Shown here: in pieces, positions 15,963-28,750 of the stretch | Position numbering within the stretch: position 1 is the stretch's first letter | How the letters are laid out: each line of letters starts with the position of its first letter | Assembly: GCF_011386835.1 (NCBI RefSeq) | Contig: NC_088804.1 | Span: 13,020,001 to 13,084,000 of the forward strand | From: Chrysemys picta bellii | Taxonomy: Eukaryota | Direction of reading: 5' to 3' | DNA length: 64,000 nucleotides | The notes under the pieces: model-generated | What the model saw: only the letters and a program-made list of their open reading frames with translations | Databases searched by the model: none | What the model was told of the DNA's origin: nothing | Program-made: the position numbers and the translations under genes

Positions 15963-18900
15963 CTCAGTGGAGGGGTGGGTTGAGACCCATTGCCTCCAAA
16001 GGGGTTCTAACACCCCCTAGAAGGAAACCTGACAGGCCTAGCAGCAAAGGGAGGTGCTGCGCCTCGGCAGGAGAGAATTGTTCTGGAACCCACAGCAGGA
16101 TGGGACTTATCTTGTTGAAGTCCAGCACTGGCTGGGGCTCATTTTCACTGAGAAACCCTGACTCAAAGAGAAGGGGGAGACTCTCATCTAACTGCAGCAC
16201 AGGCTTGTGGTAGTAGGAACTACAATTCTTCCCCTGGGGCAGACTCTCTCCTGCTCCAGGGCTCTACCCCCTCACTTTCCTTCCACACTAGGCCACCATC
16301 CTTACATGTGCTCCTGGGTAGGAGACGACCTATTTCCACCCTCTTCTAAATGAACAACCGTACTTTCTTCTTTGGAATAAAAGCTTGTTAATTAACAGTA
16401 ACACATGTGAGACCTCTCTTCTGCTGTGCACGGAGGATGAGATCAGGAGCCTTTCTGCAGGAACAATTCCCTTGGGTTTCTGTAGGTTAGAGGGTGGGGT
16501 CATTTGCTTTCATGAAATAAAGCAAGAGTGGCTTTTTAAATTTTTGTGTGTGCAGTGAGAACATTCTACAGGGCATAGCCGTAAGAGGCACCTTCTTGCT
16601 CAGTATAACCCTGGGGAAGCGAATAGCTGCACTGATTGGCCTTGGGATCATGCTTTTGGCAGGCATGGAGTATCCCTTGTGTAATTGTTTCATTCTCTCA
16701 AACCTGGTTCATCACTGCTACTTTCTTGTTTCCCCATTTGGTGAGCAGTAGTGCAATTATTGCAATAAGCTGAGATAGAATTCTTAGTGGTAGAAGTGAA
16801 TCCATTTTTTGTAGCCCCATGTGCTGAGAATATGGGGTGGAGTGAAGAGACATGGATTGGAGAAGCTGGAAGATAATGCATAAATTCCCCATTCCACCTA
16901 AAATCACTATTGGGTTAATTTAAGGAATAACCTTATTAACTGGACTGTAAAACTTTACTGAATCATGCTAGCTTTTCATACTCACTTCACCTATATATTA
17001 AATTATTTCTATCCTATCCCTTACTGACTTTAAGAAAGGGAAGACTGCATTCTATAAAAGTGTTTGATCTCTTGACAATACATGATTTATTGCTATTAAC
17101 CTTTAGATCACACTTTGGCTGTTCTGGTTTCATTTACTTTGTTCAGTTAATATTCTGTATCTTCAAAAGAAATCTTCAAAGTAGAACTTCAATCAAATCA
17201 TAGTTGTGCGTGTTGTCTTCCTGGATTAAATGTATACCCACAGCCAGCACAGTGCTGGCTACGGCGACAGAAGGTTGTTTAAACTGTTTCAAGAGGATGT
17301 GTGCACAATGCAAAATTCTTCTTGGGTCCATGATTATCTATAAAACAGGGGTGTACTTTTCAATCTTACATGACTCAAGTTGACTTGATGCCAAAGAAAG
17401 TTGTAGATGGTCAGCACCCTGGAATATCAGGCAACTTATGTATTTAAGTTCCCACTCCTGCAACAAGTCCTGCATTGGTGAATCCTTTTACCCATGTAGA
17501 ACACCATGGACGTCCATGAGGTTTTGTGTAGAGGCAGGGATCTGCCTGCATGGAGCTTGTTGCAAGATTGAGGCACCCAAGTCTGAAAGTTGGGTCTTTT
17601 TTAATATTACATGTATATTTTTAAATTTTCATTCCATTTCCCATAATATGAAGAAAATGAGCATTTTCCTTGAAATCCCCACTCTTCTTCCCTCCATGAG
17701 ATTGGAAACTTACTTTTTGGGCTAAGACTAAAGATGGAGACTTTCAGCTCCAAAGCACAGATTTTTTTTTTCTAATGAGTTATGATGAAGGCTCCAATCT
17801 GCAAAGACATACGTATGTGCTTAACTTTATTACCAGGAGAACTTTTATTGCTTTCACTGGGATTGCTCAGATTAGTAAAGTTCAAGACGGGTTTGCTGCT
17901 CTGGGACCTTACAGAGAACAAGGTGCTCAAGTGCCAGACCTTGCCTAGTGTATATGCTAATATCAAACTGTATTTTTCTCTGCTATGCTAAATTATATAT
18001 ATTGTAGCTTTCTGTCTTTTTAGTTCTTCAGATTACTCACTTCATGAAAGCAGATACTTATTTCAGAAATGGTTAAAAAATACAGCCAATATATGTAAAT
18101 AATTCCCACTGGCTCCTGGCTAATCTACTATCTTCATACTGTACAGAATCAGTAAACCAACAGAAACCAAGCCATATTAAAAATGGATGGAACCAGGAAA
18201 ACATTCTTGAAAGGCTTTTGCTCAAGTGATTGACACAGATTGGAATAAATGCATGTTGTTGCTTGTGCTCACTTAGGGGGATCTGAACTTTCAGATTTGG
18301 AAAGATAAGGCCCCTTCCTCCCCACTGTCTTTGGGTGCTAGTGCCAGCAAACTCCTGATATCCCAGATGGGTGGTATCTATTAAAACTGTATATAAAGGT
18401 TTCTGTCATGGCTATTAATATGGCACCTTCCCCCTATCCCATACTTACCTTTAAATTCTCCTATGGGCCCCTCCCAATGTAATATCTAACATCACAGCCA
18501 TATCAGATGTGCCTCTCCTGCAAGTAGTAGGATAAGATTAAAGCCACTTGCTAACTGTCTCCTCCACCATCATCCTAGTTACTAGAGAATTTAAGGAGTC
18601 ATGCCAGTACTTATCTCCGCTCTAGTTTTCTGGTATGCTAACATCCTAGCAGCAGACTGTCCCTCTTGTCATCAGGTTGTGGACCATCCATGACCACAGA
18701 GCATGAGTGTGTAAGAGGCTGTAGGGAGAGCTAAATTAACAGAGAAGAGCCTCCAGAGCTTCCACTGTAACAGGGAAGTAAAGTTTCACAGAACTAACAA
18801 CCATACAGAGGAACTGTATGGATACCTAGGAAATACCACAAAAAACACCATGCATGCTCCAAGAAACACGCTCCCAAGCTCTACATTTTAGTTACCTCAT

Positions 18901-19018
18901 TGCAGACCACTGTGGGCAGACATATTTATTAGGTGACTTGTAATCATTACATGCATAATGCATTAAAAACACAAGAAACCAGAGAGCATTCTGCTTGATA
19001 CAGTCCTTCTCTCCTCAG

Positions 19019-19100
19019 CAACTTTCTCTCTGAGAGTGAGGCTGCTGTTAATCACATAGTGAACCTAGAGCTATATGCTAGCTATATCTACTTGTCAGTG
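19019..19100 (+). pseudogene. Orphan ferritin exon 1 fragment without ATG
   Basis: Translates [27 protein letters not shown] followed by a GTAAGG donor; preceded by tccttctctcctcag; no exons 2-4 before the g3 exon 1. Confidence 0.9.
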
Positions 19101-20092
19101 GTAAGGCCTTATTGGTTCTAGTATTCTAAAATAGAGAGTACAATGTATTGTAGCCATGTGACAAAAAGAAAATTCTTGTAAAGATGTTTGGTTGAGGATA
19201 ACAAGTTTTGCTAGGGCTAGTACTCTCTGATGGTGTAGCTCTTAATGGTGTAAGCATGTAAGTGAATATAGGTGTGCTCTCTTTAGTAAGGACACTGAGG
19301 TTGTTGTGTTAGATCTTTCAGGATACAAAACAAACTCAGCTCATCTTCAATAGCTATTTAAAGACACTTTAGGCTGTTGAGGAGAACTACACTGACTAAA
19401 AAACTCCTCTGCTAACAGCTTGTATCAAAGCCATACATCAACAAACATAGTATTACAGTGACTTGTACATCCCGGTCTCTTAATAGAAAGACCAGTACTA
19501 TTAACTGCATATGGGAGAATTCCTTACATGAAGGAACTCTGGGAAGTCCATGATTAACTCCAGGGAAGTGGAAGTTCTGAGGCTCTGATGGCATAAACTC
19601 AAGGTTTATGTAATCACGCAACCCCAAAGCACATGTAAGAGTTGGGGGAGAAATGAGGGTTGTGTAGGCAGCTGAGTTTTTTCACCCACCTGTTTACTTT
19701 ACATAGTCTATAACCTATTAAATATAAGTCTGAATTGTATTGTTTAACTGAGTTCTGTAGAGTTTGTTCCTGAAAACTAGGCCCGGACTTATTGGGTGAA
19801 GGGATATTTCCTGAGAAAGGAAATCAAATAGTGGGGAGCTGAGGAAGTTACCAGTGCAGAATGAATCCAATGGCACCATGTGCCCCGGTGAACAATTTCT
19901 CCATCATATGTATAATACACATGTTTTTATAAATGAAATGAGTGTTCCTTGAGTTGGTGCCTTTTTTGCAAAAATATATTGGAATGCCCGTTCTCCAATA
20001 GATCCATTAGCTCCATTTTCTGGTGTTCTTAGAAAATTGGTCATGGATGTTTCTGTTTCTGCAGCTACCATCAGAAAATCCAAAAAGAGAGC

Positions 20093-20330
20093 AACAGAGG
20101 GTCCTGTGGCACCTTTGAGACTAACAGAAGTACTGGGAACATAAGCTTTCGTGGGTAAGAACCTCACTTCTTCAGATGCAAGTTTGAGTTTAAAAATGCC
20201 TTGCATCTGAAGAAGTGAGGTTCTTACCCACGAAAGCTTATGCTCCCAGTACTTCTGTTAGTCTCAAAGGTGCCACAGGACCCTCTGTTGCTTTTTACAG
20301 ATTCAGACTAACACGGCTACCCCTCTGATA
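20093..20330 (+). mobile_element. Penelope-like element end with an inverted 5' copy (palindrome)
   Basis: 92-nt inverted arms 20091-20182 and 20200-20291 (1 mismatch seen), 17-nt spacer, 12-bp direct repeat CAAAAAGAGAGC at 20081-20092 and 20331-20342. Confidence 0.8.
20203..20243 (+). ncRNA. Minimal type I hammerhead ribozyme motif (Penelope-type); mirror copy on the - strand at 20139-20179
   Basis: GCAT-CTGAAGA-A-GTGAG(GTTCTTA)CCCAC-GAAA-GCTT-ATGC: stem I GCAT/ATGC, CUGANGA and GAAA cores, palindromic stem III AGCU. Confidence 0.6.
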
Positions 20331-21570
20331 CAAAAAGAGAGCGTACCCTATGAAGAACTCATCTGTAATATCAAGAACTACAAACACAGCTATGTAACCC
20401 ATGGGTGAGTGTGTGTTATAGGTCTGCCTCAGTGTCCCTTTCATAGAGGATATGAGTCTGTTACAGCCTCACTGAGAAAGCTTTAGCTTTTAAACTCAAA
20501 CTGTAGTAGCTCAATGTTTAAGTTCTGGAGGTTCTCCAATTCAATCCTCAGTGTGTGAACCAAGATGGCCACAGTGGTTACTACACTTCTACTTAAGCTC
20601 CTGATATTTACAAATGCATTAGCATGTCACATCGTGCCACATTCTTCTTATTCTCGCTTCAGTTTGATTTCCCCCCCCTATCCTTCTATGTCTTGACTGT
20701 TCTTATTCCTCTGTGTTCTGAAGATGCTCCTGTCAGGTACATCAGATTCTTACAACTGTTTCAGCAGTTCCTGATTGTTTCTGCTGCTTTCCTTTGTCCC
20801 TGCCTCAGATTTCACCTCACTGCTCTCTGATATCCCCGCTATCACTGTTCTGTGACAGACATCAGGTGATCTGAATGTACAGAAACTAGAGATGGGTCTG
20901 AACCAAAACCCCACATCCCAAAATAACTGAACTCTGAGGATGTTCAGATCTGGGTCTGGACATTGCAGCTGGCTCCATTCTAGAATGGGTCAATCCAAAA
21001 TTCCAGGTCTAGACCCCTGAACTGAGTGGTTCAGGGGAAGCAGGACTTCAGAGCTTTCCATATAACAGGCAGATTATCACACAGCTTTACTAGTAGGTAA
21101 GTAACCTTGACACCATTCAAAAGATAGTATTGGAAACAATAAGACATGCCATTACAGGCATAATTCCCCCAAACTTCCCATTCTCGCTCTTCTTCTTTGG
21201 GCAATTGGGTGTAATTACTAACCCATTTTCTTTGCACTCAGTGCAAGAAAACCAGAGATTTTCCTGTAGTGACTATGCTGTTCTAAGAAAGTATCAATAA
21301 ACCCCTAAAGTTACAGGACAACAGGTGCTCTATATTACTGAATCATCCGCTCAGCTGGGGCAATTCTGTTACAAACCATCCCCAGAATGCTGACTGGTTC
21401 CTGGAAGAGGGGAGAAATTTCAATTGGTTGGAGAGCCCATGACAAGCACATCCATTCTACTCTGAAGAGTATTAATGCCAGATGTGGAATGTAACCCAGA
21501 CTCTGGGTTCAGGGGTGTTTAAATTGTTAGTTTATACTGAAATTTAGATCCAGCTATGAGTAGTAGTGTA

Positions 21571-21806
21571 ATGGAGTCTCAGTTGTGTCAAAACTTTCAT
21601 CGTGAATGCATGGCTGCCATCAATCGGATGGTGAACTTGGAACTGTATGCTAGCTATGTATATCTCTCTATGGTGAGTGCTGGCTGTATGCTTAATGGTT
21701 TAAAACAGAAGCACTTCTAAAAGTTCTTTTCCTGAGTAATATTTTTAACTGCAGCTGTTTGGTGCAAAAATTAGAAGTGTGTGTGTGGTTTTTTTTTTTT
21801 AATTAC

Positions 21807-21837
<31 letters not shown>

Positions 21838-24800
21838 TAAGTACTGAGATGTGTTAGATCTCTCTGCTAAATCTGGATTGTTTCTCATAATACTTTTTCT
21901 CTTTTTAAATTTGGTGGCTAGTTTGTACAGATTTCAAAGCCCTAAATCATGATTTGCACAGGCTAATAAATCTTGTCAAAAGTCTTTTGTGATATTCAGT
22001 CTATTTCTGTGCATAATTCCTAGCTATCCTCCAAGACACCAGCCTAACTGTCTTGTCATACTTGGTGCCTATACTTGTCAAATATCTATAGGGCAGATGG
22101 ACATGGCAAGTCCATCTTGGTCATCTCTAAAGCAAACTATAGATATTCAGCCCTTCTAATCTTTCTAATTTAATTAATGTAGTCCCCCAATATACTTATT
22201 GCTTTACACTCCACTCAGGTCAGTTTTCCTATAACTTCTGAAAAAATGTAGCCCAAAACTGAGCACCCCATTCTGGCATAGGGAGCTTATAGATTAATTT
22301 GAACTGTATATTGTTACTATCTAGCAGTATGCAGATTCCAGGCAGCACACCTGTTTGAAAATGAGAATTTTATTCTTCTGAGGAAAAACTGATATTTCAA
22401 CGTTTGTTTTTTGTCTTGAATCAGGATAAAATTGTGACACTTTTGTAAAACAAAAAGCTTCAATTAGGAAACACGGCAACACTTTGCCTGAACACTCCAA
22501 ATGTTTGACCGTGACCTGCATCTGCCTGAGCTGCCATGGTGCCTCATGGGAGTTGTAGTCCACCCCGGGAGCCTGGAATAGAGAACTACATTTCCCATGT
22601 TACACTATAGCCATTCAGTGCTTCCAAGCAGGTGGTTGGACTGAGTGTGGAGGAGGAAGTAGGGAAAAGAGAGCTCTAAATCTGAGGTGGCTCCAGAGCA
22701 GAGTCAGTAGCAGGGAAGGGGCTGTAACTGTAATTCCCATTGTATTAATCACCTAAGAATATATGCCTCTATTGCACTTTAATGTTTCAGTTGCTTTTAA
22801 AATTGTGTGGCTGTGTTCATTGTCGATAACTCAATGAAGCTATCTGCTCAGTGAGCAGCTCAGTGTGTCCTTGTATGGAGATGGGGGACATAATTCAACA
22901 AAAGCAAATGGTAGCAAATTCAAAACTGTTAAAAGGCTGTATTTGTTCACTCAATGTGTAATTAGACTGTGGGATGCATTACCACAGATGTTGTCAAGGC
23001 CAAGAATTTTTTCAATCTTCAAAGAGGGATTGGATAGTTATATGGATAACAAGAATATCTAGCGTTAGAACAGATAATACAGAAGTATTGGAATGGATAA
23101 AAACCTCATATTTAAGCCAATCTCCTCTTAGTTTTAGGATGAGACCTCCATGAGGAGGCAGATTGCATCACCTGTGCCTACTGTGTGGGTCCTGGACCTT
23201 CCTTTGAAGTAACTGATGCTAGCTAGTAGATGGGTCACAGGTTTTATAGAGTTGGGCAATTCCTACACTGATGTTCAGACAATGTCTATTCCATACACAC
23301 CTTATTACACATAAACAGGTAGCGGTACACTTGTCTAATGACAGATGATATGAATATATAGTCCCTCTTTAGGTCTAATTGCCTCCATTGATCTCCTGTC
23401 CCTCTCCCCAGTCCTATTACTTTGACCGTGATGATGTGGCTCTGAGGCACGTGGCCCAGTTCCAGAGGGAGCAGTCCCGCAAGGAAAGGGAACACGCAGA
23501 GAAGTTCCTGAAATACCAGAACAGACGAGGAGGACGTATTATCCTGCAGGACATAAAGGTGAGAAACCAATCAGGGTGCAAGAGAAAGATCTCTGGCACT
23601 AAGCATTCAAACAGGAGTCTAAATATTTGTTTTAGGTATACTTTTTGGCTGTAATTGATGAACTCCTACAGGAGTATGACAGATGAGCTCAAGTAACAGC
23701 TCTCTAAATAGTTGGCTAGCTGACCTGTTTGTCTAGCTCTCTGACAAGAGGTATGGGCTTCAGAAGTAGATATATTAGTGTCCTTGCTTGAAGGAGAGGG
23801 GTGACTGGCAACCGCTAATCTTTGTGGTAAAGAGGTGGTGGTTTCAGGAAAGTATTTGGTCTAGAATACCAAGGTAAATGTTCTGCCAAGTTGATAGTCC
23901 TACAGGTCTACCAATGCAAGAAGCTTGCAGCCCACCAGCCTGAGTAAATTTTAGCTCTAACTGGTGTTACCACAGTCTGATACAGCATTGAGGCATATTA
24001 CTTTAAATAGGAATAACTAAGAAAACAAGTGAAACAAAAGCCTAGTGAAAGCTTCAGTGAGGGGGAATGAACTCCCTGTGCCAGTGAGGCACCCAGGTGA
24101 TATCAAGTGAAGCAGTGTGGCTTGGCCAAACAGAGGTATTGCATGCTACAGATGGCACTGATTTCAGTAAGTGAAGCTAGAAGGCCATTTGTTAAAGGGC
24201 ACATAACTTTGTTTGGGCTTGTACAGAAGCCTGAGCGGGATGAGTGGGGGAACAGCCTGGAGGCCCTGCAATGCGCCCTGCAGCTGGAGAAGATGCTGAA
24301 CCAGGCCCTGCTGGACCTGCACAAGCTGGCTACAGAGCAGAATGACCCCCATGTGAGTATGTGTGGGAGTTGAGACTGAAGCAGAGATGTATATGGGAAC
24401 ATAAGCTACCTTTTCTGGGTGGGGATTGGGAGATTTCTAATATGACCACAGTGGCTGTTGGCCTATTTAGAATCTTTCAAACTAGAAGACCTTTATCTGT
24501 TTGAGATTCCCTGACTAGCAGTTCCACCATGTAATGGTAACCTCACAAAATGGAGGGCATTTTAACTGCAAGAGCTCAATTACACAATACCTCGCCCTAT
24601 GTAGTTGGCCATGAACAGGCTGCTTGGCACTCAACCCTGCATTGAAAAACAGGCCCAGGTCCTCAATGGAACTATGCTGGTTTGACAAGTGACTTCTACT
24701 AAATGAGGATCTGGTCCACAATTAGAGCAAGACCGGAATCTGCTGTCAATGATTTTTGATGGAAAATGTGGTTTCTACAAAATTGAAAAGTTTCCATTGG

Positions 24801-26408
24801 AGAAACATCTTTCTACCAATATCTTTCAGATTTCTGTTGGCGGGGGGAGGAGGGGAGAATCTGAACAATTTAACTTTTGGGTCATTGTAACACAATCTCT
24901 CATCCTGAGCTGCCATGGGGTTGCAGGTGACTCGTGTCCCTCTTCTCTTCTGTTGGCAGGGTGCTCTGTCCATGCTACAACTCACATGGTACACCCATTT
25001 CCTCTCTGGCTGAATCACAGTGGTGTGTCATTCATGGAATGTTGTCTGATTGAGTTCTCAGGCTTATGGAGGCATGTGGCACCAGAACGCCAACTCCCAT
25101 GAGACATCCCAGCAGCTCAGGCAGATCGGTTCCATGTCAAACTTAGTCAAAATGTGATGTTGCGTGTTTCTGAAATGGGGGTATGGGTGTGGAATTTTGT
25201 CCTGATTAGGAAACTCCCATTTTTTTGAGGCTTCCATCCAGAGCTAGACTCATAGAAATGTAGGGCTGGAAGGGACCTCAAGAGGTCACTTAGTCCAGCT
25301 CTCTCTACAGAGGCAGGACCAAGTAAACCTAGACTATCTCTGACAAATGTTTGTGCAACTTGTTCTTAAAATCTCTAATGGTGGGGATTGTACAGTCTCA
25401 CTGGAAGCCTTTCCCAGGCTTAACTATCCTTACAGTTAGAAAGCTCTTCCTAATACCTAACCTAAATCTCCCTTACTGCATATTAAGCCTGTTTCTACTT
25501 GTCCTATCAGGTATGGATGACAATTGATCACCATCCTCTTTATAACTGCCCTTAACATATTTGAAGACTTATGGATCCCTGCTCACTCTCTTTTTCTAAA
25601 GATTACACATGCTCAGTTTTTTAAACTTGCTTCATAGGTCAGGTATTCTAAACCTCTTACCATATTTGTTGCTCTCCCCCGGAATCTCTCCGATGTAGCC
25701 ATATCTTTCTTTCTTAAAGTGCGGCACTCAGAACTGGACACACTACTCCAGCTTGGGCCTAATCAGGGCTGAATAAAGAGGGCAACTATCTCTTTTGTGT
25801 GTCTCTCACACAACACTTCTGTTAATATGCCCCAGAATATTCGCTTTTTCCACAACTGTAACACATTGTTGACTCATATTCAGGTTGTCATGTACTATAA
25901 CTCCTAATTCCTTTTCAGCAGCACAGTACTACTGCCTAGCCAGTTACTTCCCATTTTGTATTTGTGCATTTGATTTTTTTTTTAGTTATGATAGTTTACT
26001 GTTATGCCATTAATATTGTTTCTTTCAGATTTCTCCTGATTTTTTTTTTTTCCCTTCCTCCTCCTTATCCATTTTTATTCCCTTGGAACCTTGCCTACTA
26101 GTTGAGTTGGGATGAAATGTGGAAATAGCAAAACTTCATAGGACTGAAATTCCAATTTTTAGTCATCTCTACACCTATCACTTAAACATCAGGTGACAGT
26201 ACAGTAGAACAGGTGATACCTGTTCTTCATAAACTACTGCCTCTTTCTCTAGCTATGTGACTTTCTGAAGTCTGACTACCTGGAGGAGCAGGTGAGGGCT
26301 ATCAAGCAGCTGGGAGACTATCTCACCAACCTGAAGCGCCTAGAAGTGCCCCAGAATGGCATGGGAGAGTACCTGTTTGACATGCACACCCTGCGGGAGA
26401 GCTGCTGA
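21571..26408 (+). CDS. Ferritin g3, 176 aa (181 aa if upstream in-frame ATG 21556 is used), intact ORF but divergent
   Basis: Exons 21571-21672, 23412-23558, 24227-24352, 26253-26408; GT-AG introns; QSRKEREH (E61K), CDFLKS (E134K), ends DMHTLRESC*; AATAAA 26489-26494. Confidence 0.92.
21807..21832. repeat. (TA)n microsatellite in g3 intron 1
   Basis: Uninterrupted TA run. Confidence 0.9.
22890..23200 (+). mobile_element. Old CR1 LINE 3' fragment in g3 intron 1
   Basis: Translates [46 protein letters not shown], the typical CR1 ORF2 C-terminus. Confidence 0.75.
25251..25980 (-). mobile_element. CR1 LINE 3' fragment in g3 intron 3
   Basis: CATAGAA..GGGCTGGAAGGGACCTCAAGAGGTCA tail and CR1 ORF2 3' sequence. 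Confidence 0.85.
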
Positions 26409-28750
26409 ACTTCACTCTGAGATACTGCCTAGCTTGGTGACACCTCTGTGCACAGAGAAGATGAATTGACTGAACGCTAAATATTGTGAATAAAACATGG
26501 TTTTCAGTTGTAACTTGATTTTTTTTTTTTTTTTGGGCCTTACTTTGTGCTATAGTGAACTGGCTTACATGTCTAGTTCTGCTGTACTCACAGGCAATAG
26601 AACTCAGAATACTGTTAGTGCTCTAACTACTGCACATTAATAACATGCATATGCTTCTTGACTATACCCACTTCAGCAGGAAGCTGAAACGTAACTCTCA
26701 ATCATAGTTGAAGGCTCAATCACTTCCTGTCTTATCCCTCAACCACTACCCTAAACGGGTTCAGAAACTACTGCATGTACAAATGAGCTCATTTTCTTAT
26801 AGTCGCTTAATAACCAACCTATCTCTATTTTTCACTCAAGTCCGCCATACTGTTGGCTCTCCAGGCAGTATTTCCACACCAGTGAGATTCTCTCTCTCCC
26901 CCTTCCCCGCCCCATCACTGCAGGTAGTAGGTGAAAATCTCTTACCTCTAAGATTCTGATTAAGCAGAATGATGCCTTGTACTAGCCTGCCCTTGCAAGT
27001 AGTCTCGTGCCTCTCAAATAGAGCTTTCCAGGTAACCTGTCACAAGAGGACTGTTCTTCTGACTTCTTATAGGCAGCAGTTTGCAATGGGCAGAGACGCT
27101 ATTTTGTCAAAAGCTACCTAGAAAGCTGTAGTTGAAGGGAGGGAGGAACCTTTCATAAGCACAGTGGTATCCCTCCTGTTGACAGGGCTCTGACATTGGA
27201 TTTATGAGAACCATGGTTGTAGAGCTCCTTGAGAATGAAGTCAGGTACCACGCCAGGCTGAATGTGTTCAAAGATAATCTCTGCAATGCTCTCTTAGCAT
27301 TGAGTTCTCCTGTCTAAAAAGGCACCATACAGGTGGTGAGAAATAGTTGAGTAACTGTGTTTAAGGCATCAGTATGAAAGATTAGTGATCTTGGTGTGTA
27401 GTAGCTACTTTGTTCTGGCCACTGTTGACACGGGGTAAATGCCATGGCTTCCTTGTCTTTTATTTCCTTGGAAGGAAAAGAGCTAAACTCACTGACATAT
27501 AGATACCAACAAGAAACCTTTTTAAAAAATTCTATTTTCTATTGTGTAACGCTTCATAAGGGTTTAGTGCCACCTATGGGGCGGGGGGGAGGTCTGATCC
27601 AATGCTGATAATCAAGATGTTGCCAGTTTTGTTCCTTTCCCTTCCCTTCCCCATCACTGTCCTTCACAGGAGAGGCTAGTTAAGACAGTTTGGGCTGCCC
27701 AGGAATCTTTGCTCCAGCAGCAGAGCTGCAGGTGATAAATAACAGATTGGCAGAAATTTGGTTGCTCGGGTGTATTTGGATGTTGTTTTGCAACATTGTG
27801 ATCCTGATCCCTTTGAATTAGCTTTGCCCATAATAAAAATGTGGAATGCAGATCTTCAAGCTGGTTGAATATTGGCTGAGAGGGACTGTTCTATTATAGG
27901 CTATTAAGGAAATTCATTAATTGATTTACCCACTTCCACTGTGCATGAGATCATCAAGGGAAGTGGGGAGAATTCCTTTAATTTTTACCCTCTGGTGTGA
28001 TTGTGGAAGGAACCAGGATCAGGCTTTTCCCTTACATGCTAAAACCTGTTTGTTTTTTTTTAAAGGAGTGGAAGGCAGAGAAGAAAACTCAGTGTGACAG
28101 CCAGAGGGACAATGGCTCCGGTCACTGTGTTTCTTAAAATTCATTCACTCCCACACAGACCTCCTGCACTGACAGAGGCCAGGTGCCATCAGTACATGAC
28201 ATTTTGAAGGTGCACCCATAACATGTTTTGAATAAAAAAGGTAGCAAGGCATTGCCTTTCACTGGAAAAAAAAATGTGAGAAATCATTGCATGTGGGTCA
28301 TGGGACTTTTGCCTGTTTTTTAAAACACACTCACATATTTCATCTTCTGGCCCCAGCATGACATTTAATAATGGAAAACACACTCTGATTATCTACTGAC
28401 TCTTTCAAGTGCAATAGGATGCATCAGGTTTGGTTTTACCCTTGCCACAAATGTTGCTTGCTGTTCCTGTGACCACCACTGCCAATATTCCTAGGCCTGT
28501 GCTGCTGTTTATTGCCATCAAGTCCTTCCCTCTCCACTTAGGCCTCTGGAGTTTCTAGTTTTCCCTGTTCTCCATGTTCTATTTTGGTTTATTTCTTGTT
28601 TGTTGTTATTGTTGTGCTCACAATGTGCTAGGTGCTGTACAAATATAACAAAAAGCCCATCTCCTGCTCCAAGAGTTAATACTGAACTGTGTCCCTTCTG
28701 CTCTTGACTTTTTCCCAGTCTCTTCTATGTCAAACCTCAAGGTCCTTTCC

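Noticed and set aside
15960-18000. Possible LTR or old LINE remnants between g2 and the orphan exon 1
   Set aside because: No termini, TSD or protein motif could be pinned down by eye; needs RepeatMasker.
18961-19012. TATA and IRE remnant upstream of the orphan exon 1 (cattaaaa; tgcttgatacagtcc)
   Set aside because: Similarity is too weak and spacing differs from the other copies.
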